From: a virus
Lineage: Duplodnaviria > Caudoviricetes
Virus record (IMG/VR): IMGVR_UViG_3300049144_000095
Coordinates: 1-64,000 of that record
Length of the DNA: 64,000 nt
Direction: 5' to 3' (one strand)
Below, one piece after another: positions 55,124 through 64,000 of this stretch. Positions within the stretch are counted from its first letter, which is position 1. Each line of letters opens with the position of its first letter. Below the pieces are notes generated by a model that saw only the letters and a list, made by a program, of their open reading frames with translations, was not told the DNA's origin and ran no database searches. The position numbers and the translations under genes were made by a program.

Positions 55124-56440
55124 TCAGGAGCCCGCCGGGCCCGAGACCTTCGGGCCGCTGGTGATCGAGGCCATCCGGACCGAGTTGTCCTGACCCGTAC
55201 CCAGCGACACCGCCACCGCCGACGCGTCGATACCGGCGGCGCCGATGATCGAACGCACGCGGTACTGGATGTCGTCGTGGCTGAACGAACCCTCGAAGGC
55301 GCTGATGTCGCCGCCGCCGAGCGCACGGCCCGTGTCGCCCATGACCCGCACCTCGGGGGTCTCGTGACCACGCAGGAACGCCGTCACGATCGCCGGACCA
55401 CGGTCGGTCTGGCCACCGGCCGGAACCAGGTACCAGGTCGTCGCGGCGTTGACCGAGTTGTCGATGAGCGGCAGCCAGGGGCTCTCGACCACCGTGAAGC
55501 GACCGGCGATCGGCGAAGAGACGTTCTGGCGGATCTCGGAACCGTCGGCCGCCGTGCGCACCCGCAGGTACGTGGTGCCCTGCGCGATCTCCTGCGCGGT
55601 GAGCGCGAGGGACGGCGGAACGAGCAGCACGAAGTTCTGCACGCGGACCTGTCGGCCCGCGACGGTGCGCATGCCGATGTAGTTGATCGCGTGCTCCAGC
55701 GCGTCGAGCGTCAGAGCGGGGTTGCCGGGGACGAAGTTGCCCTCGGGGGCGTGGCCGCCGAAGTCCTCGGTCGTGTTGAAGAAGTCGGGGTTCGGGCCGC
55801 TGGACGTGGCGAGGACACCCGTGGTCAGGACGTCCTCGGTGTCGCGGGCCCACCGCGCCATCTCCGTCGGGAGCTGCGAGAGGACCCGCAGCTCGTCGTT
55901 CATGAAGGCTTCCCACGAGAAGGGGAACCGGGCGCCGTACTTGTTGACGAAGTAGTCCGAACCCTCGGTGGTGAGGTTGAAGGTCGGGTACTCCGTCAGC
56001 TCCGGGATGCGGGGCAGGGCCCGGACGTGGCGCTCGGCGCCGCCGTTGTAGTCGGTCGTCTGCGACTGACCGGCGACCGCGTCCCAGCGGACCATGCGTG
56101 CGGGCCGGAAGTCGGGCACCGTGGTGCGCACGGAGAACGTCGGCCACTGCTGCGGCAGCTCGGCGTACTGACCGAGCATCGACGCCTGGCTGATCGACTG
56201 GAACAGCAGGGGGAAGTCGCCGGACGAGACGGCTTCACGCAGTCGGCCCATCGCGACCGGGGAACCGGTCTCGGCCTCACGCTTGAGGCGCAGGAACTCG
56301 ACGGCACGGGCCATCTTCACCAGACGGGCGTCGGCGCTCTCGCGGAGTGCGGCGCGGCGTCGACCGTGAGCCTCGGCGATCCGAGCGAACTCAGGGTTCG
56401 TGGTCGCCTTGATTCCGTCGAGGAGGTTCAGGGCAGTCAT
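55124..56440 (-). CDS. Major capsid protein (HK97 fold, Mu gpT-like)
   Basis: VPDFRP, PELTEY, VNKYGARFPFSWEAFMNDEL, LLVPPSL; extreme codon bias; ends GPAGS. Confidence 0.92.
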   Translation of the reverse strand: MTALNLLDGIKATTNPEFARIAEAHGRRRAALRESADARLVKMARAVEFLRLKREAETGSPVAMGRLREAVSSGDFPLLFQSISQASMLGQYAELPQQWPTFSVRTTVPDFRPARMVRWDAVAGQSQTTDYNGGAERHVRALPRIPELTEYPTFNLTTEGSDYFVNKYGARFPFSWEAFMNDELRVLSQLPTEMARWARDTEDVLTTGVLATSSGPNPDFFNTTEDFGGHAPEGNFVPGNPALTLDALEHAINYIGMRTVAGRQVRVQNFVLLVPPSLALTAQEIAQGTTYLRVRTAADGSEIRQNVSSPIAGRFTVVESPWLPLIDNSVNAATTWYLVPAGGQTDRGPAIVTAFLRGHETPEVRVMGDTGRALGGGDISAFEGSFSHDDIQYRVRSIIGAAGIDASAVAVSLGTGQDNSVRMASITSGPKVSGPAGS

Positions 56441-56457
56441 GACTCAGGAGCCTCCTT

Positions 56458-56943
56458 TCAGGATCCGGAAGCGGTCTTGTCGGGGACCGCGTTGGTGTCG
56501 CCCGGGGTGGGCTGGACCACCTTGACGATCGGAACGCCGTCGGTCGTCTGGCCGACGATCGTGCCGAAGGGGTCCGAGTTCGACGCGGTGGTCAGAGTGG
56601 CGCGGGTGTTGCCCGAGGCCGCCACGATGAACACGGGGGTGCCGCTGCCCTTGGTGGTGGGGTCCCAGCCGGTGACCGGGAAGGCGAAGCAGCCTTCCAG
56701 GGCGACCGAGGCCCAGCCGGGCGCGAGCGAGTTCGCCGGGTTGCGGGTCTGGGTGACCGTGGTGTCGCCGATGGTGTAGGAGACGGACTTGCCGCCGACC
56801 TCCTGCGCGAAGCCGACGATCGAGCCGATCTTCACCGGGTCACCGGCGAGGGTCGGGTCGTCGTTCTTGTGCGGGTCGTTGCCCCGCAGCGGCAGCGGGA
56901 GGGAGACCCACTGGCCGTACTTGAAGATCTCGTTCTTGGCCAT
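56458..56943 (-). CDS. Capsid decoration protein (DUF2190-like)
   Basis: AGDPVKIGSIVGFA...SVALEGCFAFP; ends TASGS. Confidence 0.75.
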   Translation of the reverse strand: MAKNEIFKYGQWVSLPLPLRGNDPHKNDDPTLAGDPVKIGSIVGFAQEVGGKSVSYTIGDTTVTQTRNPANSLAPGWASVALEGCFAFPVTGWDPTTKGSGTPVFIVAASGNTRATLTTASNSDPFGTIVGQTTDGVPIVKVVQPTPGDTNAVPDKTASGS

Positions 56944-58025
56944 CAGTAGGTCCCTCCCGACAGGAGGTCGCGGATCTCGTTGAGGTCGCTGTCGGACGCG
57001 GACGAGCTGCTGTAGGACGCCGACGCCGACTCGGTGAGGCCGAGGTTCGAGGACTGGTGCTCCAGGCCGGACCGCTCGGTCTCGCGCAGGAGCTTCTTCA
57101 GGTACTCGCGCTCGTGGTTGATCGACTCGTGCAGGTCCTGGTCCGGACGGTAGGACTGCGCGAGGCGGATCATCGAGGGAAGGGGGAGCTTCGCCTCAAG
57201 CAGCTCGGTGAGAACGTCACCGGTGCTCTTCGACTCCTTGAGCGCCTTGTCGGCGGCCTCGGCGCGGTCACGCAGGTACGTGATCGCCTCGGCGAGCTTC
57301 TGGTTCTCGCGAGCCTGCTTCGCGGACTCGCTCTGCGCCTCCCGGAGCGCCTGCGCCATGCGGGCCACGTCGACCGAAACCTGGTCGAGGTTTTCCTTGA
57401 CGCTCTCCTTGAGGGCGGCGACCTCGTTGCGCAGGTCACCCGACCCCAGGGTAGAGGGAATCGTGGTGGGGGCAGATCCCGCGCTGGGGACTGCTGCGGT
57501 CTGCTCTACCGGAGGGGACTCCGGCGCGGCCGACTCGGTCATAGTGACGAGCCTTCCTCCCGCTCCAGCGCGGGTGACGAGGTCAACGGAAAGGCCCTCG
57601 GAGATCTGGCGGACTATTCGCCCCGAGGGAGTCTCTTCGATCTGGCCAGCAGCTCGGATCGAGAGCCCGATGACTTTGTTGAGTTCCTGTACCAGGGACT
57701 TGGCGTTCTCGGTGAACTGGACGCGCGAGAAAAGACCTCGCCCGTCCTTTCCGTCCTCGAACGTAGCGTCGTCGAGCAGGTAGCCAGCCAGGTCCCGGAC
57801 ACTGCGCTCCGGACGCTCTTCCTCTTCGGTCTCCGTGGGGTGATCGAAGTAGATGTGCGTTCCGGCGGGAAAGGCCGTGGCCCCGTCACGGATCAGGACA
57901 TCAGCCGGGTAGTAACCGCTGCTGCCCTGGATGTCAGCTTCGATGAGGCATACGCGCCAGATACCTTTGCCGGACGACGGGTCCGGCGTAAGGGTTGCGG
58001 ATTCCCGCAGCGTCTCCTGGTTCAT
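56943..58025 (-). CDS. Capsid maturation protease + scaffold
   Basis: IYFDHP, GLSIRA, SVDLVTRAGAGG; coiled-coil C-terminal half. Confidence 0.85.
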   Translation of the reverse strand: MNQETLRESATLTPDPSSGKGIWRVCLIEADIQGSSGYYPADVLIRDGATAFPAGTHIYFDHPTETEEEERPERSVRDLAGYLLDDATFEDGKDGRGLFSRVQFTENAKSLVQELNKVIGLSIRAAGQIEETPSGRIVRQISEGLSVDLVTRAGAGGRLVTMTESAAPESPPVEQTAAVPSAGSAPTTIPSTLGSGDLRNEVAALKESVKENLDQVSVDVARMAQALREAQSESAKQARENQKLAEAITYLRDRAEAADKALKESKSTGDVLTELLEAKLPLPSMIRLAQSYRPDQDLHESINHEREYLKKLLRETERSGLEHQSSNLGLTESASASYSSSSASDSDLNEIRDLLSGGTY

Positions 58026-58097
58026 ACGCCCCCTCGCTGATCAACGACGAGGCACACACTAATAGCACTGGGGGGCAAATGTCCCAACCGAAGTGCA

Positions 58098-59828
58098 TTA
58101 ACTTCCTTCGTCTCGCAGTTCGTGGTCTGCGTAGGACATGGGGTCCGGCTGCTTCGGGGCCGCAGTTGCACGCGAGTTTCCCGCCTTGAGCGGGGATGGT
58201 GCACCGGGTCCACCCGTGCCAGCGGGAGGAGTATTCCTCGAATTACTGCCTGATTGATCGGAGTTTGGCTTCGAATCAACCTTGGGGATTCCCTGGCCTG
58301 TTCCTCCCGCCACATAGGGAAGCTGGTCGAGCGTCGGAGCCTTCCTGCCGAAATCCTTCCACTTGTCGTGGAAGGCGTCGAGGGCCATCGCCCTCGCCTC
58401 TTCCGCCGAGACGAGCCCCAGGCGGATCAACATGTCGAGAGCCTGCATGCGCCGGTGCACCGGCTCCTCGGAAATCTCCGGCCACCGCAGCCGGACCTTG
58501 AGACCCAGCACCTTGAAGATCTGACGGAACGTCTCGTCCATCACCTTCTGGCGGGACTGCATCACGAGAATCGTCGACTGGTCGAGCGACGTGGCGCCCG
58601 CATTGTTGGCGATCGACGGGTCCTCCAGAAGCGCAGGCAGGGGCACATCCAGAGCGGAGGCCACCATCGATGCCAGGGGTCGGCCCGATTCAAAGTCGAC
58701 CTTGGTGTTGCCGCCTACCGCCGACAGATCCTGCCCCGCTCCAAGGACTGCCGAGGCCCCCACGTTCAGAGGCTGCCCTGTCGCCGGATCCACGCGGGGG
58801 GCTTGCGCCATGGCGGCAGCCGTACGGCGGACCGACCGCGACTTGTCGGAGGTGACCTTCCAGGCGAAGCGTGCGTACGCCTTCGTCAGCGTCGCGCAGT
58901 TTTCCAGGAACTCCTTGTACGCCTTGGTCCACCAGACTGCCGGAAGCACGTCGGGGATGCCCCAGCGCCAGCCCGTCAGCCGGTTGAACGGAACGTGGAC
59001 CAGAACCTTCGAGTTGTCGACAGGGTCTCCCGCGATGGTCCCCGCCCCCCGGCCCCTGCCCATGGCCCTCAGTCCGGCGGGCGTCGGGTACCAGACGTCC
59101 CGGAATGAGAACTTGGCGGCCCCGCCCGAATCGCCTTCGCGGTCGGCGCGGATCCAGCTCCGGCCCCTGGCGACCGCTTTGGGTGCCGTGATGGGGTTCA
59201 GCTCGATGTCGGCGCCGAAGTCCAGTTCGAGATCCCAGTCGTTCCAGGTGCGGCGGATGTACATCAGGCGCTCCCTGTTGCCGCGCTGAGACACCCCTTC
59301 GGTTATCTCCTCGAAGGGGATTCGCTGCACCTCCTTGGATCGGCGGTCAACCAGAAAGAAGAGATTCCCGTCGGTTCCGGCGGTGCGTTCCAGTTCGAGC
59401 TGTGCCAGCGGACCTGTCAGAACTTCCGCGATTCCCTCGGGAAGTTCCGGCTCTACGTTCACAGTTCGTGGGCGGCCGGGCCCCTGGATGAATTCCTCGG
59501 GAACCACTGAAACGCCGGATCCCCAGATGTACCCGGTTCGTACTCGCAGGCCGCGACCCACGAGGGGATTGACGGTCGCCACGGCGCGGCACAGCTCGCT
59601 GGCGTTATGCAGAGCGTCCAGGGTGAAGGTGTTCGCCCCCTCGGTGGGGCCCATCAAAGGGCGCCACCCGATGTCTTCCAGGGCGAGTTGCACGCGGCCG
59701 AACTCGCCTGCCTCGCGCATCTCTTCCGTGACAAGTCCCGTAAGTTCCTCGTTGCGGGCTTCGAGATTCGCCACGAGCGTCTGGATTTCCGTCAGCGACA
59801 GCTCTTCGACGGGCCTCTTCATCTGCAT
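58098..59828 (-). CDS. Portal protein
   Basis: NPLVGRGL....IWG, DGNLFF, RWGIPDVLPAVWW; between TerL and protease; ends DEGS. Confidence 0.88.
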   Translation of the reverse strand: MQMKRPVEELSLTEIQTLVANLEARNEELTGLVTEEMREAGEFGRVQLALEDIGWRPLMGPTEGANTFTLDALHNASELCRAVATVNPLVGRGLRVRTGYIWGSGVSVVPEEFIQGPGRPRTVNVEPELPEGIAEVLTGPLAQLELERTAGTDGNLFFLVDRRSKEVQRIPFEEITEGVSQRGNRERLMYIRRTWNDWDLELDFGADIELNPITAPKAVARGRSWIRADREGDSGGAAKFSFRDVWYPTPAGLRAMGRGRGAGTIAGDPVDNSKVLVHVPFNRLTGWRWGIPDVLPAVWWTKAYKEFLENCATLTKAYARFAWKVTSDKSRSVRRTAAAMAQAPRVDPATGQPLNVGASAVLGAGQDLSAVGGNTKVDFESGRPLASMVASALDVPLPALLEDPSIANNAGATSLDQSTILVMQSRQKVMDETFRQIFKVLGLKVRLRWPEISEEPVHRRMQALDMLIRLGLVSAEEARAMALDAFHDKWKDFGRKAPTLDQLPYVAGGTGQGIPKVDSKPNSDQSGSNSRNTPPAGTGGPGAPSPLKAGNSRATAAPKQPDPMSYADHELRDEGS

Positions 59829-59879
59829 GAGATCACCTTAACGGTGTATTTGGCGCAGTGAAGAGACCCTTCTACGGGT

Positions 59880-60086
59880 TCATCGGGGCGGTTGCTCCTC
59901 TTTTTCTGTCAGCGGCATGGCGTCGTCGCACGAGTCGGCGAGCTTTTTGAGTGCCCCGTCCCGCAACGGAGAGGGCTTGGAGCGCATCAGATGCAGAGCC
60001 AGGTGTACGTAGAGGCGGCCCAGCTCTCCGCCGTCCTGGGCTCTGAGCCTGATGCGGCGGAGAGCCGCCTCGGACCTGTCGTACAC
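59880..60086 (-). CDS. Hypothetical protein (68 aa)
   Basis: RBS GAGGAGG before GTG. Confidence 0.5.
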   Translation of the reverse strand: MYDRSEAALRRIRLRAQDGGELGRLYVHLALHLMRSKPSPLRDGALKKLADSCDDAMPLTEKEEQPPR

Positions 60087-60096
60087 ACCGGCCTCC

Positions 60097-60537
60097 TCAG
60101 GGGGATCCGACCGCCATGAAGTAGGGCAGCCGGTAGAAGTAGCCGGGTGTGGCGAGGCGCATGGTGTTGTCGTTGTAGAGGTCGACGAAGCGCTGCATCT
60201 GGGCTTCACTCAGGTGCTGGTAGTAGAATTTGGCGCGGCCGTTCCTGATGGGCGGCAACGGTTCCCCTGGGCGGGCAGTCTGTTCAGGCAGGTCGAGAAC
60301 TTCGTGCAGGTATGCCTTGTAGTCCTTGTCGGTCGGTTCGACGGCCCAGCCTTCCGATATCAGCGCCAGGAACGTCTCGGGGTGGAGTGACCCGCAGAAC
60401 GAACAGCAGGGGCCCGGATCTGATCCGTGCGCCTCTCCGGTGTTCCGGTCGGCGTCGCGCCAGGTGTCCAGGTTCTCCGAGTGCTCCCAGGGGCCCGCTT
60501 CCTGCATGCGTCGCGGGCAGGTCTGTGTATCCGGCAT
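60097..60537 (-). CDS. Hypothetical protein
   Basis: RBS GGAGG; CSFCGSLHP, KFYYQHL. Confidence 0.65.
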   Translation of the reverse strand: MPDTQTCPRRMQEAGPWEHSENLDTWRDADRNTGEAHGSDPGPCCSFCGSLHPETFLALISEGWAVEPTDKDYKAYLHEVLDLPEQTARPGEPLPPIRNGRAKFYYQHLSEAQMQRFVDLYNDNTMRLATPGYFYRLPYFMAVGSP

Positions 60538-60576
60538 GGCTTTCCTCCTTGGGTTCTGCGGCGCGTTGGGCGTGGA

Positions 60577-62946
60577 TCAGTAGGGCGCGATCATGGTCTC
60601 CGGATCCGTCATCCACTCGTCGTCGCTGTACATGCTGGCCATTTCGTCAGCCGTCTCACTGACGACGTCGCCCTGCTGGAGTCCTTCGGCGACCGGGGCT
60701 GTTGCGTACGCCACGGCGTCGGCGAGGTCGGGTGAACGTCCGTACTCGGACCGCATCGCCTCCTTTGAGGCGATCAGCAGGCGGCCGTTCTTGATCGAAT
60801 AGAAGATCATGCGCAGGTCGTCCGAGACCAGCTCGTCAGGGTCGATGATCTTGGCGGAACCGTTGTACATCTTCTGCCGAAGCTGGTCGAACCAGAAGGC
60901 TCGCGCGTTGTAGAAGCCGTACACGGAACCACCGACATTGGGGGGCGGGGCGGCCGATCCGTGCATCTCGTACACCGTGTACCAGGGCTCGGGAAGCAAC
61001 GCTGCGCGGGCGTTGAGAGTGTCGATGACACCGGCACCCAGGCCGACGCCGTCGACCCGGATCTCCACCCACGGAGCGTGCAGTTCGGCCTTCAGGCGTT
61101 CCGCGATCTCCAGAACCTTGTATGCAGAGGAAACGGTGTCGGTCCCCGACCACGAATCTTCGACTCGAACTGTTACGCCCGAGTAGGAAACGACCACCGT
61201 CTTGTCGGACCCGAACCGTGCAACGTCCACGCCCAGGCGCAGGATCGAGTACTTGGACGGGGCCGGAGGTTCGTCAATTGCATCGGCAATGAGCGACGGA
61301 GAGAAGAGGGAGGACTGGCTCTGCTCGGGGAAGCGGGCTTCGATCTTCGAGATGTAGCGAGGGTCCTTCTCGCCCCAGTCCGCAAGGCGCTCCTCGGCCC
61401 AGTCCTTGGAGATGAGCACTTCATTCAGGAGCTTCGGCACCGGCTCGTTGGTGAAGTTCGGCGTGGTCGATGCCGGAATCGAAATCCTGTTCCATAGGTG
61501 GGCGGTTCGAGGCTCCAGGAAGTTCTTGCCGAACTCGGTGTTGCGATCGTCCGGGTTTCCGATGGCCAGGATCCGGCATCCGACGTTCGTAGTGATGGCC
61601 TCGACGCCGGTCCAGATCTCCTCCGGGATGCCGCAGGCCTCATCGAGCAGGACCAGGACGTAGCGACGGTGGATGCCGTGGAAGCTGTGCCGGTCACCCT
61701 TGGCGGGCTTGCGGCCGAAGCCCACAATCTGACCGTCTGCCAGCTTCCACTCATCGGCCTGTGTCACACGCCCCGGCATGGGGTGCGGACCGCGCTGCGA
61801 GTTGGAGTGGTGCTTGCGGATCTCCTCCCAGAGAATCTTGTTCACCTGGGCGTATGTCGGTGCGGTGCTGACCACGATGGCCTGGCCGGGGGGTTTGGTG
61901 GACACCCACCAGCAGGCGAGCACGGAAGCGATCATCGAGTTGTGGGTCGGTACACCCCGCTCTCCGCACAGGTACAGGTGGTCCTCCGCGTCCACCTGGA
62001 TGCACTGAACATCGTGCTCACCGACCGGAGTTACGGAAACGATTCTCCAGCCGTCATCCCCCCAGCTCCCCTGCTGGCTGAGCAGACGCGAGAATGCCAG
62101 GGCCCTGGTGTTCGGATCCGACAGGTGCTGCGGAGCGTGAGTGCCCATCAGGGCGAGGTGGCGCAGGACCGTGCCGTACTGCCGCTCCCGCCGGTAGATG
62201 GTGTGCACGCCGATCGCGTTCATCCGCTGCCGGATCGCGGATATCTCGTCCGGCTCTTCGCTGCGGGTTTTCCACAGCAGAGCTGTGCGCCCTTCCGGAT
62301 CGAGACCGATGCGCTCCCGCAGCAGGGTCTGCGTCTCGGGGTCGGGATTCCAGGCTGTGCCGCGAGGTTCGAGGTGGGGGATCGCGCCCGGGATCACGGC
62401 GACGCCGCGCATCTGGGCGAGTTCCCGTGTCGACATGATGCGGGCGCGGTGATGCCACAAGCCGGTTTCGACCGGCACCCCCGCACGGTCGGACCGGATC
62501 TGTATGTCGGCGAGAACCTGGAGTGGAATGACCGGCCACAAGTGATCACCGGACGCGACGATCTTTTCGACCGCGCCGCCCCTCTCCAGGCGCAGCAGGT
62601 ACGCGTCTGCCTTGTGCTCCCCCGTAGTTGCCACGACTGTCACAGGGCTTCCGTCGGACCCGAGTACCTGCATCCCGGCTTTGACGTCACCCATTCGCAC
62701 AGGACCATTCGGTGTGTGTACGAGTTCATTCAGGCCAAGTGCTTTGCCCGTGCCGTGACATGACGCAACGACAGTTCTCTTGTTTCGTATAAGAGACGCA
62801 CAAATTTCCTGCTGCTTGCTCCACAGGTGCACGCCGAGAACATCCCGGGCCCAACCGGTGGGATCATTGACCCATCCGGCCTGTCGGGCCTGGTTGCGAA
62901 AGTAGGCCTCGGCGTCCGAGGCGATCCGCTCGTCCTGTGAGGACAT
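60577..62946 (-). CDS. terL: Terminase large subunit with intein
   Basis: VASCHGTGK|S Walker A, LLDEACGI Walker B, IGNP, LGVDVARFGSD and SPDLADA nuclease motifs. Confidence 0.95.
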   Translation of the reverse strand: MSSQDERIASDAEAYFRNQARQAGWVNDPTGWARDVLGVHLWSKQQEICASLIRNKRTVVASCHGTGKALGLNELVHTPNGPVRMGDVKAGMQVLGSDGSPVTVVATTGEHKADAYLLRLERGGAVEKIVASGDHLWPVIPLQVLADIQIRSDRAGVPVETGLWHHRARIMSTRELAQMRGVAVIPGAIPHLEPRGTAWNPDPETQTLLRERIGLDPEGRTALLWKTRSEEPDEISAIRQRMNAIGVHTIYRRERQYGTVLRHLALMGTHAPQHLSDPNTRALAFSRLLSQQGSWGDDGWRIVSVTPVGEHDVQCIQVDAEDHLYLCGERGVPTHNSMIASVLACWWVSTKPPGQAIVVSTAPTYAQVNKILWEEIRKHHSNSQRGPHPMPGRVTQADEWKLADGQIVGFGRKPAKGDRHSFHGIHRRYVLVLLDEACGIPEEIWTGVEAITTNVGCRILAIGNPDDRNTEFGKNFLEPRTAHLWNRISIPASTTPNFTNEPVPKLLNEVLISKDWAEERLADWGEKDPRYISKIEARFPEQSQSSLFSPSLIADAIDEPPAPSKYSILRLGVDVARFGSDKTVVVSYSGVTVRVEDSWSGTDTVSSAYKVLEIAERLKAELHAPWVEIRVDGVGLGAGVIDTLNARAALLPEPWYTVYEMHGSAAPPPNVGGSVYGFYNARAFWFDQLRQKMYNGSAKIIDPDELVSDDLRMIFYSIKNGRLLIASKEAMRSEYGRSPDLADAVAYATAPVAEGLQQGDVVSETADEMASMYSDDEWMTDPETMIAPY
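61939..62742 (-). mobile_element. Class-3 intein (268 aa) in the TerL P-loop
   Basis: Starts Ala (ALGLNE); DHLW, VQCIQV, PTHN followed by Ser. Confidence 0.9.
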
Positions 62947-63376
62947 TGTGATCCTTTCTCATATGCCGCAAATATCATTCCTCACGGAGTGACGGATCCG
63001 GTAACCTCTTCGCGCCCCGACCTGTCAGCACAGGGCAGACAGGACTCCACTTCCAGGGGGCTGAGGATGCGCCAGGGGGCCCGGCGGCAGGTACGCTCGG
63101 GCCCTTCCTCATGCAACGAACGAGCGGGCAGTGACTCAGAGTTGCGCGTCAAGTACGCCAAACGCGTCATCCTGCCTACCTCGATCGAGCCAACGTAAGA
63201 GGTTCGTCTCCGAACTCTCACCGTCCTGAGGTAGGAAGGAGCGCGAGTCAGTGCAAGCATGAGCCGGGAGGGGTATGGCTGAGGCGGCCGGTTTACGACC
63301 AAAGCGGCAGGTTCAGCGAACTCCCTGACTACGATCCGACTTTCCTTTCCAGACACTCTGTGCCACCCTTAAAAAC

Positions 63377-63763
63377 ATGAAGAACAGGTACCCGAAACTG
63401 TGCAGCATCTGCCAGGGTCTTGTTCCAGCCGGTGAGGGAATCCTGTACCAGGACAGCTCCGGCTGGAGCGTGACCCACTCCGGTGCATGCCCGCGAGGAG
63501 ATCAGGACAACGGCTCTATCCGTCACGGACACGCGAAGGCGTACGCGCGCCGAGTGCTCAGCCTGACGCGCCGCTCTGATGTCAGCGTGGCTGAGATCGA
63601 AGAAGCCGTTCGCCACCTGGCTGCCCTTGTGCGCACGGGCTGGACCACCATCGAAGCGTGCGAGCGCATCCTGCTGAACTCCAAGGCCATGGAGGGTCTG
63701 GACCGGCTCTCAGTTGAGGGCATCATGAGCCAGCTCTCCACCGAGGAGTCTCACGTCGGCTGA
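63377..63763 (+). CDS. Hypothetical protein (N-terminal Zn ribbon)
   Basis: NRYPKLCSICQGLVPAGEG...H..C. Confidence 0.6.
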   Translation: MKNRYPKLCSICQGLVPAGEGILYQDSSGWSVTHSGACPRGDQDNGSIRHGHAKAYARRVLSLTRRSDVSVAEIEEAVRHLAALVRTGWTTIEACERILLNSKAMEGLDRLSVEGIMSQLSTEESHVG

Positions 63764-63940
63764 CGACGGAAGACCCAGCATGTCGAGCATTTCAAGGAGG
63801 GCCCCCCTGGGGTCCTCCTCTTTCATTGCGTAGGACGCCATGTTCAGCATCGCCACGCGATGACAAGCGACGCACTGCCCGCAGGGTATGGGCATGCACT
63901 GGCGCGGAATCGTCACGCTTGAGACCGGGGTGATGTCCAC
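63710..63940 (-). CDS. Hypothetical small protein
   Basis: C....CGQCVAC; C-terminal ALLEMLDMLGL. Confidence 0.45.
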   Translation of the reverse strand: MDITPVSSVTIPRQCMPIPCGQCVACHRVAMLNMASYAMKEEDPRGALLEMLDMLGLPSSADVRLLGGELAHDALN

Positions 63941-63972
63941 TGTTTCAGCCCTTCCGGTAGTGGGGTTGCGAA

Positions 63973-63984
63973 TGGCCTAGGTCA
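63973..63984. promoter_or_regulatory. Operator-like TGGCCTAGGTCA
   Basis: Fifth, intergenic copy of the palindrome, one mismatch. Confidence 0.5.
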
Positions 63985-64000
63985 TGTGCTTCTCTGTAGA

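Noticed and set aside
50684-59845. ACCGTTAA shared late-promoter motif (50684-50691 and 59838-59845, - strand)
   Set aside because: Only two 8-mers at different distances from starts; compatible with chance
62982-63356. ORF as terminase small subunit
   Set aside because: No HTH or coiled-coil character; weak codon bias
1-64000. tRNA genes, attP/integrase, parAB
   Set aside because: None recognised by eye; they may lie outside the window, and a tRNAscan/HMM run would settle it

Overview
The window is about 64 kb of a GC-rich (roughly two-thirds GC) actinobacterial, probably Streptomyces-type, temperate siphovirus; it may be a phage-plasmid. Left arm (1-31.7 kb, mostly + strand): two convergent GntR/UTRA (KorA/TraR-like) regulators, a plasmid-like membrane/SLT/NlpC-P60 cluster, RHH/HTH regulators, an intein-containing UvrD-like helicase, many small accessory genes (including a YdbS/YdbT-like pair), two glycosyltransferases, and a Cas4-like exonuclease-RecT-primase/helicase-PolA-RuvC module. 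Right arm (31.7-63 kb, - strand): morphogenesis operon (TerL with a class-3 intein, portal, protease/scaffold, decoration, major capsid, neck, tail tube, chaperones, tape measure, tail tip). It is interrupted by an inverted accessory island, two more glycosyltransferases and an HNH cassette. Strongest signals: (1) six virion-module proteins end in Gly-Ser-stop and four glycosyltransferases are encoded, suggesting a C-terminal-tag-directed virion O-glycosylation system; (2) a DasR-dre-like palindrome TGGCCTAGGCC occurs in five intergenic regions, three overlapping HrdB-type promoters, suggesting a GntR regulon; (3) two mechanistically different inteins. No integrase, par genes, TraB, small terminase, holin/endolysin cassette, tRNA or CRISPR array was recognised. 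All product calls come from motif recognition by eye, not database searches.
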